A stretch of DNA of 41,288 nucleotides from Octopus bimaculoides (GCF_001194135.2 NC_068990.1:77303457-77344744), one strand, 5' to 3'. Numbered from the stretch's first letter, positions 22,670 through 34,557 are shown. The notes: generated by a model from the letters alone, not told the origin. Numbers and translations are program-made.

Positions 22670-22811
22670 CATGTTCAAAATTAAAGCATTTGAAGGTAGT
22701 GCTCCAGCATAGCCAAAGTTCAATGAATGAAACCAGTAAAAGAATGTACGAATGGATAGAATGGTACAAGAGCAGATGAGTACTAAACGTATGCGTGTAT
22801 AATCAGAGACG

Positions 22812-22849
22812 CAGAGAGAGAGAGAGAGGGAGAGAGAGAGAGGGAGAGA

Positions 22850-22899
<50 letters not shown>

Positions 22900-23560
22900 G
22901 GGAGAGAGAGAGAGAGAGAGAGAGAATAAGAAGGAGAGATTGAAATTAAAAAATATTTGGCAAAATTGTTTGGGCTTCAAACTTTTTAGATAACAAAAGA
23001 GATGTCATCTACTCATTCTTCCTTCCCTTCCTTCCTTCCTTCCTTTCTTTCTTTCCTTCTTTCTTTCTTTGTTTTCTCCTCCCTCTACACAATTTTATTT
23101 AAGTATGAATGTATGCATTTGTGTATGTTAATGTGTTTATATATGTATATACATATATATATGCATACTTATACGTGTCTCTATATAGAGAGTGTGAGAG
23201 ATAGATAGATAGACAGATAGATAGATAGATGGATGGATGAATGAATGGATATGGATGAATGGATGGATGGATGGATAGATGGATAGATAGATAGATAGAT
23301 GAACAGACAAATAGATAGATATATACATACACTAGTTTAGAACACTACATGACTTACAAACACATACATTACATACATGAAGATATGTGTATATACCTAC
23401 ATACACCATACATACATACATACATACATACATACATACATACATACATACATACACACATATAAGTATACATACATGCACTCACAAATATACATATATA
23501 CATACAAACATACATACATACATGCATTCTTACATACGCACGTACATACATACTTAAACG
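22812..23560. repeat. (GA)n 22812-22925, (CTTC)n, (GATA/GGAT)n 23199-23325 and (TACA)n 23380-23550
   Basis: Visible. Confidence 0.9.
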
Positions 23561-23703
23561 TATAAATATGCAGGTATCGGGTAAATGTGGATTTCGGTAG
23601 GTTATTAACATTATTTCTTTCAAATAGAGTCAGCAGTACAGACAGTCATGCAGGTGTATCACCATTTAGCAGTCTGTGAAAAACGGAAATTTTATCTAAA
23701 TAC

Positions 23704-23740
23704 CTGGGTGCTTTGAGAGTTTAGTATGTGGGTATGTCAT
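23704..23740 (-). CDS. Candidate first coding exon (speculative), MTYPHTKLSKHP + phase-1 base
   Basis: ATG at 23740-23738 and donor CAG|GTATTT at 23704/23703, just downstream (minus strand) of the ETS/YY1 motifs. No homology recognised. Confidence 0.2.
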
Positions 23741-23782
23741 TCTGTCGCTTGTTATCGACTTTTTAGTTGTCTCACCGCAAAT

Positions 23783-23801
23783 AAAATGGCGCGCCGGAAG
23801 T
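23783..23801. promoter_or_regulatory. Adjacent YY1-like (AAAATGGCG) and ETS/GABP-like (CCGGAAGT) motifs; candidate core promoter
   Basis: AAAATGGCGCGCCGGAAGT in a small CpG-rich, non-repeat patch. The motif pairing is known from vertebrate housekeeping promoters. Confidence 0.4.
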
Positions 23802-23816
23802 TGCGAGTAATACGTG

Positions 23817-24310
23817 ATGTATTGTGCTGTCGCTGCTTAAAACGCTGCATCAAAGTAGTATACTAAATTACAGTGAGGCCTCTAATTTGGTTCATTGACA
23901 CGCTAGAAATAACAACCAAACGTCCCTCACTCAAATCAACTTTCTTTAAAACCAAAATGAAATAGTTTCTGCTACACCTGAAAGGAAAAATACGGTATGG
24001 TTACGTAGTATACTAAATTACAGCGAGGACTCTATGTGGTGTATCGACAAGAAATAAAACGACATGTATTGTGCTGTCGTTGCTTAAAACATTACGCTGC
24101 ATCAAAGTAGTATACTAAATTACAGTGAGGCCTCTATTTGGTTAATCGACATGCTAGAAATAACAGCCAAACGTCCCTCACTCAAATCAATTTTCTTTAA
24201 AACCAAAATGAAATAGTTTCTGCTACACCTGAAAGGAAAAATACGTATGGTTACGTAGTATACTAAATTACAGCGAGGACTCTATGTGGTGTATCGACAA
24301 GAAATAAAAC
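23817..24310. repeat. Tandem duplication of a ~245-bp unit (23817-24060 and 24064-24310) containing family-G-derived sequence
   Basis: The two units differ at about 9 positions. Each contains GTAGTATACTAAATTACAG twice. Confidence 0.95.
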
Positions 24311-24909
24311 ATGTTCACAGCTGCAAAGATAGTTATGATTGAACTGTTGTATCATGACAGGCCATGGGTTACACAATAAGAAAGCAGCCCAGTTACTGTC
24401 AAGTAGAGTGAGCAATTTGAAATTTATTGATGCTTTGTGTGATTTTGTTTTGCTTTAATGTGCTCATTGTTGTTGTTACTTAACAGTAGCTCAGTCCTCC
24501 TTAAGCGCACTTAAACATACATACACACACATAAATGCATATGTACTCGCGCTCGCACACACACACATACACTCATATATATATATGCATATAAAGATCT
24601 ATACAAGATGGTGGAAAAACAGGCTTTTATTACAGATTGCAACATTCGTTTCTGTGCCGTTGTACGAGCTTTCAGCTCCAGAGTGTTCATCCTCATATCA
24701 TTACATAAAATTATTTTAGAAATAATTATATAATTAAACATTATTCAGCAACAGCTGTGTGCCGATATTTCATCGGGTCGACTGTTTTTAAAGCACTGCC
24801 GGATCTCTTTGAATTTCCTCTTATTTATATGCTTTCATATAGATATCTTTCTTTCTTTATCGAGTAGTTCAGAAGTTCAAGGCCACACAAGTTACAAATA
24901 CCAAACACA

Positions 24910-24943
<34 letters not shown>

Positions 24944-25406
24944 NNNNNNNNNNNNNNNNNNNNNNNNNNNNNNNNNNNNNNNNNNNNNNNNNNNNNNNNN
25001 NNNNNNNNNNNNNNNNNNNNNNNNNNNNNNNNNNNNNNNNNNNNNNNNNNNNNNNNNNNNNNNNNNNNNNNNNNNNNNNNNNNNNNNNNNNNNNNNNNNN
25101 NNNNNNNNNNNNNNNNNNNNNNNNNNNNNNNNNNNNNNNNNNNNNNNNNNNNNNNNNNNNNNNNNNNNNNNNNNNNNNNNNNNNNNNNNNNNNNNNNNNN
25201 NNNNNNNNNNNNNNNNNNNNNNNNNNNNNNNNNNNNNNNNNNNNNNNNNNNNNNNNNNNNNNNNNNNNNNNNNNNNNNNNNNNNNNNNNNNNNNNNNNNN
25301 NNNNNNNNNNNNNNNNNNNNNNNNNNNNNNNNNNNNNNNNNNNNNNNNNNNNNNNNNNNNNNNNNNNNNNNNNNNNNNNNNNNNNNNNNNNNNNNNNNNN
25401 NNNNNN

Positions 25407-25461
<55 letters not shown>

Positions 25462-25858
25462 CACATACTTGTAGTAAAACAAAGATAAAAGAATATAAAA
25501 TCAAAGTGACAATTCCAAAACAAATAGATTATATTCATTTATGGAAGCAAAAACAAATAAATTTATAAATGTATATCAAACCTTATTCTTGTCTTTCATA
25601 TTTTATTGCAAGCTTGTCACATTTCGTCTCGAGACATGAACTAGAATTATCTATTTTCTTTATAGTCGTAGCTGTTTTCCGTCAAAATGACCCATTGTCA
25701 ACATCTGAGTCAAAACGAAACTTTTTGATATTTTATAATATTCTTATCTTACACAGAAATTTATTCGACAAACCCTTCGTACTTCACTTATGTCCATTCA
25801 TTCACTTTATCCAACATACGCACATAAACATGCCCACACATACACAAACACACAGACA

Positions 25859-25895
<37 letters not shown>

Positions 25896-26202
25896 GCACA
25901 CACTTTCTTTTATATATATTTTATATTCACTTCCATTCTTGTTTTCTGCATATATCTCCACATATATCCTACTTAAATTAAACAATAGGGTAAAAAATTG
26001 GATATTAATTAATATCAATTTAATACTAGGTAACAAGCACATTAAAAGAATCAGGCAGATTCAGAAAAAATATTTGAGATCTCAAAGGATTATTGTATAT
26101 GTATATATAAAAATATATAAAAATATATATAAAGGAGACCACTAGATGCACCCTCTGCAAAAGTCACTACATACCTACACGTATACATACACAGAGACAT
26201 AT

Positions 26203-26414
26203 GACACTCTGCCGGTTACAACGGCGAGGGTTCCACTTGATCCGATCAACGGAACAAACAGCCTGCTCGTCAAATTAACGTGTAAGTGGCTAAGCATTTC
26301 ACAAACACGCGGACTGTTAACATGATTCTCAAGAGAGATTCAGCGTGACACAGGATGTTGCAAGGGCAGCCCTTTGAATTACGGGTGCAATTCATTTTTA
26401 CCAGCTGAGTGGAC
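26203..26414 (-). mobile_element. SINE family B (tail B1), 5'-truncated
   Basis: Tail TTGATCCGATCAACGGAAC..GCCTGCTCG; stops inside the CORE-like block at CCAGCTGAGTGGAC. Confidence 0.9.
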
Positions 26415-26769
26415 GCATATACCTACCCACCTACTAACTGCTGGCAATTCTTTACGTTTTTATTTATCGTTAGCTTAAATAACTCTTTACAGTTGTTTAT
26501 AAAAGAATTTTTTGTAGTGATAATTGAATGAAAACTTAGCAACTTAAATCTCGTGTTGTGTCACAGAAACAAATGTTGTAATTTGTAATCAAAGCCTCTT
26601 TTATTCCATCTTCTTGAATATATTTTATATGAATACTATACTCTAACGGAATTCCACATTTTTATCCAGATCAGGAAATAACCTTGCTGTATGATGGCAT
26701 ATGGTAGCCGATAAGAGTGTAGAAGCTTTAAATGCACGCTATGAGATTATTACCCAGATAATACTGAAT

Positions 26770-27096
26770 AGGAGCACTCCGTCGGTTACGACGACGAGGG
26801 TCTCAGCTGATAAGATCAACGGAACAGCTTGCTCGTGAAATTAACGTGCAAGTGACTGAGCAATCCACAGACACGTGTACCCTTAACGTAGTTCTTAGGG
26901 AGATTCAGCGTGACACAGAGTGTGACAAGGCCGGCCCTTTGAAATACAGGCACTACTCATTTTTGCCAGCTGCGTGGACTGGAGCAAAGTGAAATAAAGT
27001 GTCTTGCTCAAGGACACAGCGCGTCGCAGGGAATTGAACTCACGACCTTACGATCGTGAGCCGAATGCCCTAACCACTAAGCCACGCGCCTACACT
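26770..27096 (-). mobile_element. SINE family B (tail B1), full length with 11-bp TSD
   Basis: Head GGCGCGTGGCTTAGTGGTTAGGG..GAGTTCAATTCC, CORE-like GTGTCCTTGAGCAAGACACTTT. TSD TAATACTGAAT at 26759-26769 and 27097-27107. Confidence 0.95.
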
Positions 27097-27560
27097 TAAT
27101 ACTGAATGCACACACACTCACACACACGCAAACACACACACGCACGCACACACACGCGCGCGCTTATATATATGTACATATAAATACACATACATACTAT
27201 ATCTTTAAGTAGACTTAAAGACACATAAGTGCATATATACGTATGCACGTGTGTTTGTGTGTGCGTGTGTGTGTATGTTTATGTAGTGTATGTATATACC
27301 GAATTTTTAAACATTACACCTATTGATTTCTCGAACCAGTAAGTCTAAGAACAGATATAAAATAACTTTCTAATAGCTTATTGCTACTATTACACACTAT
27401 TCTCTACTCTTTAGACATTTATATAACTATGTTACTAACCGTGACATTAGCTTTTTGGTTGTATGTTCATGCGTATGTATACAAGTGACGAGGATGCTGA
27501 AGTATAAATTTATACTATTGTATGTCTGTATGTATGTATGTCTGTATGTATGTATAGACA

Positions 27561-29013
27561 TCTATATTTATTGCATATTTGTATATTGCATATTTGTATA
27601 TCTGTCTGTCTGTGTGAATCCCTAAAACTCGAGAACTACGCAACCAATTTCATTCAAATTTTACAGATGCCTTACTTAGGGTGCCAGTTGTGTTTTAGTC
27701 AAAAAAAATTTTAACTTCTTGCAGAGTTCGAGCCCACAGCAACATAATATCTCCTCCACTATTTAAGTATTACGTGTCAAAAGTGAAACAAAAACACTCA
27801 TGTCAAATACTTTCACTTTAAAAATGAAACTATTCTACTAACTGAAACAATCACATTTCGATACTGTAATGACAGATAATTTCAGAGAGAGAGAGAAAGA
27901 GAAAGAGAGAAAGAGAGAGAGATGTATATGTATACATACATATAGATGTATATGTACACGNNNNNNNNNNNNNNNNNNNNNNNNNNNNNNNNNNNNNNNN
28001 NNNNNNNNNNNNNNNNNNNNNNNNNNNNNNNNNNNNNNNNNNNNNNNNNNNNNNNNNNNNNNNNNNNNNNNNNNNNNNNNNNNNNNNNNNNNNNNNNNNN
28101 NNNNNNNNNNNNNNNNNNNNNNNNNNNNNNNNNNNNNNNNNNNNNNNNNNNNNNNNNNNNNNNNNNNNNNNNNNNNNNNNNNNNNNNNNNNNNNNNNNNN
28201 NNNNNNNNNNNNNNNNNNNNNNNNNNNNNNNNNNNNNNNNNNNNNNNNNNNNNNNNNNNNNNNNNNNNNNNNNNNNNNNNNNNNNNNNNNNNNNNNNNNN
28301 NNNNNNNNNNNNNNNNNNNNNNNNNNNNNNNNNNNNNNNNNNNNNNNNNNNNNNNNNNNNNNNNNNNNNNNNNNNNNNNNNNNNNNNNNNNNNNNNNNNN
28401 NNNNNNNNNNNNNNNNNNNNNNNNNNNNNNNNNNNNNNNNNNNNNNNNNNNNNNNNNNNNNNNNNNNNNNNNNNNNNNNNNNNNNNNNNNNNNNNNNNNN
28501 NNNNNNNNNNNNNNNNNNNNNNNNNNNNNNNNNNNNNNNNNNNNNNNNNNNNNNNNNNNNNNNNNNNNNNNNNNNNNNNNNNNNNNNNNNNNNNNNNNNN
28601 NNNNNNNNNNNNNNNNNNNNNNNNNNNNNNNNNNNNNNNNNNNNNNNNNNNNNNNNNNNNNNNNNNNNNNNNNNNNNNNNNNNNNNNNNNNNNNNNNNNN
28701 NNNNNNNNNNNNNACCACTGATTCACTTGCAAAGTGTTGAGTAAAATTATTTCGTTGCAGACCTCCTTTGGGTCTTTTTATTATCACTACCACACACATA
28801 GTCCCCAGTTGGTAACATTGATTTCAAGGCCCTCCTAGATGAGAGACTGGCATTCCACTTAATGTCTATGTTCCATGCTGGCATGGATTGGAGAGTTATT
28901 AATGTAGAAATATGGTATCGTAGCTACTAACAGTTGAGGGTTGCGTAGTCTAGACGGCGTTTTTAGATTTCATTATTCTCTTTAACCCGGGCAAAGCCGG
29001 GTATTTCTGCTAG
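27561..29013 (+). mobile_element. Non-autonomous Helitron-like element (termini visible; interior includes gap 27961-~28714)
   Basis: 5' A|TC start followed by a (TCTG)n block and AACTCGAGAACTACGCAACCAATTTC. 3' hairpin CCCGG-GCAAAG-CCGGG (28986-29001) lies 8 nt before CTAG|T (29010-29014). That both ends belong to one element is inferred. Confidence 0.65.
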
Positions 29014-29064
29014 TATATATATATATGTGTGTGTGTGTGTCTGTGTGTGTGTGTATATACAGAA

Positions 29065-29130
<66 letters not shown>

Positions 29131-29667
29131 TAAATACACACATGCGCGCGCGCACACACAATATTTACTAATAAGCCTTTCATCCATTTAGGATCCGGTG
29201 AAGACAGTAAAACTTGTGAGTGTTGGATTGGCGGAAAGTTCAGGCGCCGGACGAGATATGTGTATGAGCTTGTTGATGTGAGTTAGCATGTTCGTGCGGA
29301 TACGTATGTGTCTCTGTGCGTTTGCTTTTCATTGAAAAGGCGACTAAACTCAATTTAAGCATTGTTTGTTTTTTAACCAAGCAATTTTCTGCATATGCCC
29401 GAAGTAATTTTGGCTGTGAACAAAACAATAAATTTCTTAAGTTTATCGATGTTTAAAGATTGTCCCGGTATTATCTTCTTGATCAAATAGCTTCACAGGC
29501 GACTGTTATTACCCTCATCATTACAAGTGAGACTCATAGGAATGCTGTCATTTAAAAAATTTATTACACATTTTATTATCACCAGATATGATATTCTCTG
29601 ACCATTATCGTCACGTTTCGTTCGATGATTAAAAACAACTCACCCAGTCCAGAAGTGTATAAAGAAA

Positions 29668-29880
29668 CTTCTCTACACAAGGCACAAGGCCCGAGATTTT
29701 GGGGGAGGGGCCAGTCGATTAGATTGACCATAGGACGCAACTGGTATTTAATTTATCGACTGCGAAAGGATGAAAGGCGAAGTCGACCTCAGTGGAATTT
29801 GAACTCAGAACGTAAACACAGACGAAATACCGCTAAGCATTTCGTCCGACGTGCTAACGTTTCTGCCAGCTCGCCGTCTT
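29668..29880 (-). mobile_element. SINE family C (tail C1)
   Basis: Full head-to-tail alignment with 39652-39871. Confidence 0.95.
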
Positions 29881-29888
29881 AAAAAAAC

Positions 29889-30104
29889 ATTCTTTTCTAT
29901 TCTAAGCACAAGATTTGAAATTTTGGTGGAGGGAGCCAGTCGATTAGATCAACCCCAGGACACAACTGGTACTTAATTTATCGACTCCGAAAGGATGGAA
30001 GGCAAAATGGACTCGTCGGAAATTGAACTCAGAACGTAAAGACAGACGAAATACCGCTAAGCATTTCGCCTGGCGTGCTATCGGTTCTGCTAGCTCACCG
30101 CCTT
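29889..30104 (-). mobile_element. SINE family C (tail C1), tandem with the previous copy
   Basis: Same alignment; separated from the previous copy by a short A-run. Confidence 0.95.
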
Positions 30105-30129
30105 AGGACTGTCTAAAGAATATGCACCA

Positions 30130-30258
30130 ACGAGGAGCCGCCTCGTAGTCGCAGTCGCAGATGCAACATCTGCTTGAAATAGCGGTCAAATTGTCTGCGA
30201 ATAAAACACACCGTCTTGAAAAAGTGATTGGAGACATTATAGAATGTAATCTTAGACT
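30130..30258 (+). mobile_element. Family G SINE fragment
   Basis: CTGCTTGAAATAGCGGTCAAAT..ACACACCGTCTTGAAAAA. Confidence 0.5.
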
Positions 30259-30339
30259 TTTAAATAGACGGAATTGCCAAGGCTTCTCATGACTTTGATT
30301 GTATTGATCTTCTCAATCAGAGATGTTAAACAATATCAC

Positions 30340-30397
30340 CATCATCTCCACCAGCTTCCATCTCCCCTTCTCCTCCTCCTCCTCCTCCTCCTCCTCC

Positions 30398-30429
<32 letters not shown>

Positions 30430-30537
30430 GTCGTCGCTGTCGTCACTACCATCATCGTCGTCTTCTTCGTAGTCGTCGACATCATCATCACCATCATCAA
30501 CTCCATCATCGTCATCGTCATCGTCATCGTTGTCATT

Positions 30538-30610
<73 letters not shown>

Positions 30611-30994
30611 ACAACAACGTCGTCATAAAGAAATTAGCAGGGAAAAAATAAACGTTAATAAATTAAAGAAAAACCGAGTAATTATTTAGTTGAATAAAGT
30701 ATAATAGAAGAACGGCAAAGAAGGAAAAACATCAAAGACAAACAGCCGTTAAAAAAAAAAACGAATAAAAATAATCATAAGATTCCTTACATGAAGCAAA
30801 TGCACTTTGGATTTCAGAATGGACGGATACATAAGCAGAAAATTCATTGAGAAGAACACGGCATACATTACATGAAGCAATAAACCAAGAATACAAAAGC
30901 GTTTTGAAAATAAAAACAAAACAAAAAAGACAGTTCATTAACCACAAATCAATAACAGCAACAACGGCATCATCATCATCATCATCACCATCAC

Positions 30995-31041
<47 letters not shown>

Positions 31042-31065
31042 ACACCAACAACAACAACAACAACA
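30340..31065. repeat. (CCT)n, (CAT)n and (CAA)n microsatellite tracts (30370-30615 and 30970-31065)
   Basis: Visible. Confidence 0.9.
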
Positions 31066-31164
31066 TTCCTCCATTCGCACGCAATTTCATTTGACCGATT
31101 TTTTTTCTTTTTTCTTTTGCAAATTCCGTCAAATTCTGTCATCGCGCTAGTTGTTTCACGATTC

Positions 31165-31290
31165 TCATTGGTTGCTAGGATCACTAGAAATAGCAGTCAA
31201 ATCACAGACTACTCAAATCGCACACTACCTACCTCCTTAATCAGAAACTGTACATTAAATTATATCTAATCCTAGATATCGAAACCCTAT
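31165..31290 (+). mobile_element. Family G SINE fragment
   Basis: CACTAGAAATAGCAGTCAAATC..TCAAATCGCACAC. Confidence 0.5.
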
Positions 31291-31600
31291 GTTAGTCAGT
31301 GTTGAGCATGAATCTGCACCTGGAAAGTTCCTCCTTAGAATAAATGGAACTCCAGCAGTTACCTTTGCAGTAAGTTTGTCGTCCATCTCCACTCATCTAT
31401 GTCAATCTATAGGAAAAGCGAGGGTCGATGCCGTTTACCATTAATGCAAAACAGTTCATTAACCACAAATCAATAACAGCAAAACAACAATAACAGCAAA
31501 ACAATAACAGCAAAGAAACTCGGAACACAAAGAGCCAGAATACATAGCGCGATCCATTTTGTCAAACGCATTGACAATTCTGCCAGTCCACAGCAGCATT

Positions 31601-31818
31601 TGAACTGGTATTTTATTGTTATCGACCCAAGAAGGACGAAAGACAAAGTTGACCTCGGTGGGATCTGAACTCAAAACGTAAGAGAGCTGGAAATTAGACT
31701 GCTAGATATTTCACTCAAGGCGCTAACAGTTCCGCCAATTTAATGAATTGAACTGGTACTCTATTTTACTGGCCCAATAGAGCAAAAGGCAAAGTTGATC
31801 TCAGTGGGGTTTGAACTT
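31601..31818 (-). mobile_element. Two decayed partial family C SINE copies in tandem
   Basis: AACTGGTA..TTATCGACCC..AAAGTTGACCTCGG and a second AACTGGTACT..GGCAAAGTTGATCTC block. Confidence 0.7.
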
Positions 31819-31849
31819 CTATGGCAAGTTGTTATATTCAACAGTCTAT

Positions 31850-32171
31850 GATTGTACTCCGTCAGTTGCGACGACGAGTGTTCCAGTTGATTCGATCAAC
31901 AGAACAGCCTGCTCATGATATTAACGTGTAAGTGGCTGAACACTCCACAGACATGCGTACCCTTAATATAGCTCTCAGGGAGATTCAGCGTGACACAGAA
32001 TATGACAAGGCTTGCTCTTTTGAATTACAGGTACAACTTCTTTTTGTCAGCTGAGTGGACTGGAGCAACGTGAAATAAAGTGTCTTGCTCAAGGAAACAA
32101 CGAACCACCGGGAATCGAACTCATGATCTTACGATCGTGAACCTTATATCCTAGCCACTAAGCTACGCGCC
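31850..32171 (-). mobile_element. SINE family B (tail B1), full length with a decayed 13-bp TSD
   Basis: Aligns to 26770-27096. TSD TTCAACAGTCTAT (31837-31849) vs TTTAATAGTCTAT (32172-32184). Confidence 0.95.
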
Positions 32172-32822
32172 TTTAATAGTCTATACTATGTAAAAAAAAT
32201 AAAAAAAATATGGCGAATACAAAGAAATAGCGCTGACTGAAATTCTGCATTCACTTGATAAAATCGTAAGAACATTGGATAAAATTTATCGTATTGTTTC
32301 GATTCGCTGTGCACTGAGTTCAAATCAGAGGTTAACTTTGCTTTTCATCTTTTGGGATTTATAGGTATTAAGGAATTAAGCTGACGACTTCTCTCGTAGA
32401 CAACAGTGGCATGAAGAGAGGCGATGTGCCTGCTTGGGCAACTGCCATTCTCCCACAAAAACAAAATTGTCCTAGTTTATGCAAAAGTGTAGGTGGCCAT
32501 TGTTGACCGACGTAGGCCGTATAAAGGAACCTGTTGATAAATTGTCAGTTTGATCATGAGCCGCCTTAAATGATGAAGTTGTAAACATCCTGAAATTATG
32601 TACTGCATTGCTTGCGTTATATTATTGGATAGCTCTTCTATAGAGCATGACCTCTATGAGTTGTTGCTATGTCAGATGTGTTATAGTCCTTAATGTCAAT
32701 TATGTAAGAGCAGGTGATGTAATATATTTATTGTTGTGTTAAACATGTACCTTGTAAATTGTATCATTTGGTGAATGTTTTTCCTTTGTGTTACAATCTC
32801 GATGATAAATATATAGATTACT

Positions 32823-33061
32823 AGTAATTTCACCGCCATCAATTCATCGCAGGAGAGTTCACTTCCATCAATTCATCGCAAGAGAGCTTATCGCTGTCAA
32901 GAAAGTCCACCGTGACGTCCACAGTGAATAAAGTTCACCGCGAGGAAAGTTTAGCGTGAAAATATATCAATGTATCTTACTATTGAAAAAGAATAAAAAG
33001 AAAACGGTGAACTGATGGCGGTGAACTTTCCCTGCGGCGATTTGATGACGGTGAACTTACC
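32823..33061. mobile_element. MITE-like element with TIRs and repeated TTCACCG subterminal motifs (superfamily unassigned)
   Basis: GTAATTTCACCGCCATCAATTC (32824-32845) vs reverse complement of 33039-33060 match 19/22. TTCACC(G) motifs point inward on the left and CGGTGAA on the right. Confidence 0.7.
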
Positions 33062-33329
33062 GTACACGGAATATATAGGCCATACATGGGCAATCTTTTT
33101 CGAGAAGCGAGCTACTGAAAAATTACAAGTTAATTGTTCGTTTGTGTGCCATTCAGAAAGTCCTGCTGACCGCAGTTTGCCCATGACTGATGTAGACTAC
33201 TGTCATTAGTACAAATCCTGTCCATGTCGAGATACGGATAATTTCCGTATGCCATTTGCCTGGCAGTGCAATATGCGTTTGGATTTACATATTTTAGGCA
33301 ATTTCTGTTAGTAAGGCTGCGCTGGAGTT

Positions 33330-33690
33330 GTCGTCATCTGAACGCTTCTGAGATGCACGCATGTTAAGGAAGATGAGTGACAATCGCTAGTCCAGTACTC
33401 ATGCATTGCTGAACTGTGGGTTTATACAGAACAACTGTTATGCTGCAAGAAAGGGGCCTGGTTATCAACCGGATTAATTTACCTGGTTGATAGATGTCTT
33501 TTATAGCGTAACATACTTTTAATAATGAAGATAATACAGATTTCATCTGTCTGGAGGCTGTGGTAAAGGAAACTACGAAGTAGACGAATTTGGGAGATCT
33601 AATGACACAGGCTTTGTTCCAAGTTCTTGAAGAGGAAGGTGAGGGTTGAGAACTAGGTGCTTTTCGCTATTAAGCTTTATGAAAGGTGTG
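33330..33690 (-). mobile_element. Decayed non-LTR RT C-terminal (domain 7 and thumb) fossil, CR1/L2/Jockey-like
   Basis: Minus-strand motifs in order: FIKLNSEK (cf. LKLNxxKT), KFVYFVVSFT (cf. FxYLGV), VLYKPTVQQCM/EYW (cf. LYKxxVRPxMEYC), with frameshifts. Confidence 0.5.
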
Positions 33691-33873
33691 TAAGTATGGT
33701 GAAATTAGGCGCAAATGGCCTACACTTTGCAGCTGTAGCATTGTAGCAAGACCTGAGACCGTAAATCGCGGGTTGAATATAAGCTTATTCGAATCACATA
33801 ATACGGAAGCCCTCTCATTTTGAGAGCCACTCCATGTAGTTATTTTGTTCTACATTGACAGTGCTGCTTATTG

Positions 33874-34084
33874 GTTTCAAATTTTGGCACATGACCTGCA
33901 AGATCCGGAGAAGGGTAAGTCGATTACATCGATTTCAGTGCTCAGCTGATACTTATTTTAGCGACCCGGAAATGATGAAAAGCAAAGTCAACCTCGGCGG
34001 AATTTAAACTCAAAACGCGAGCACGGACGAAATGCCGCTAAACATTTTATCCGGCGTGGTAACAGTTCTGCTAATCGCTGCCTT
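33874..34084 (-). mobile_element. SINE family C (tail C3) with 15-bp TSD
   Basis: TSD CAGTGCTGCTTATTG at 33859-33873 and 34087-34101. Confidence 0.95.
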
Positions 34085-34245
34085 GGCAGTGCTGCTTATT
34101 GTCATTTATTGATCTATTTTATTTCGTCATTTTTATTAAAACCTCACACTTTTATTCAATATATATCCGACATATTTTGAAATAATTTCGTTTTGTTTTA
34201 ATACAATTCTTCACGTCTTGGGTCCTTGTGGACTGTAAAAGAAGT

Positions 34246-34487
34246 CTTCTTCTTCTTCTTCTTCTTCTTCTTCTTCTTCTTCTTCTTCTTCTTCTTCTTC
34301 TTCTTCTTCTTCTTCTTCTTCTTCTTCTTCTTCTTCTTCTTCNNNNNNNNNNNNNNNNNNNNNNNNNNNNNNNNNNNNNNNNNNNNNNNNNNNNNNNNNN
34401 NNNNNNNNNNNNNNNNNNNNNNNNNNNNNNNNNNNNNNNNNNNNNNNNNNNNNNNNNNNNNNNNNNNNNNTATATATATATATTGTA

Positions 34488-34555
<68 letters not shown>
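34246..34555. repeat. (CTT)n 34246-34342, gap, then (AAT)n 34487-34555
   Basis: Visible. Confidence 0.95.

Positions 34556-34557
<2 letters not shown>

Noticed and set aside
23817-24310. Regularly recurring motif resembling a CRISPR-like repeat-spacer array
   Set aside because: The spacers are themselves duplicated (tandem duplication), the context is eukaryotic and no cas genes are present.
31289-31444. 51-aa ORF MLVSVEHESAPGKFLLRINGTP...
   Set aside because: Directly continues a family G repeat fragment and is most likely repeat-derived; no domain.
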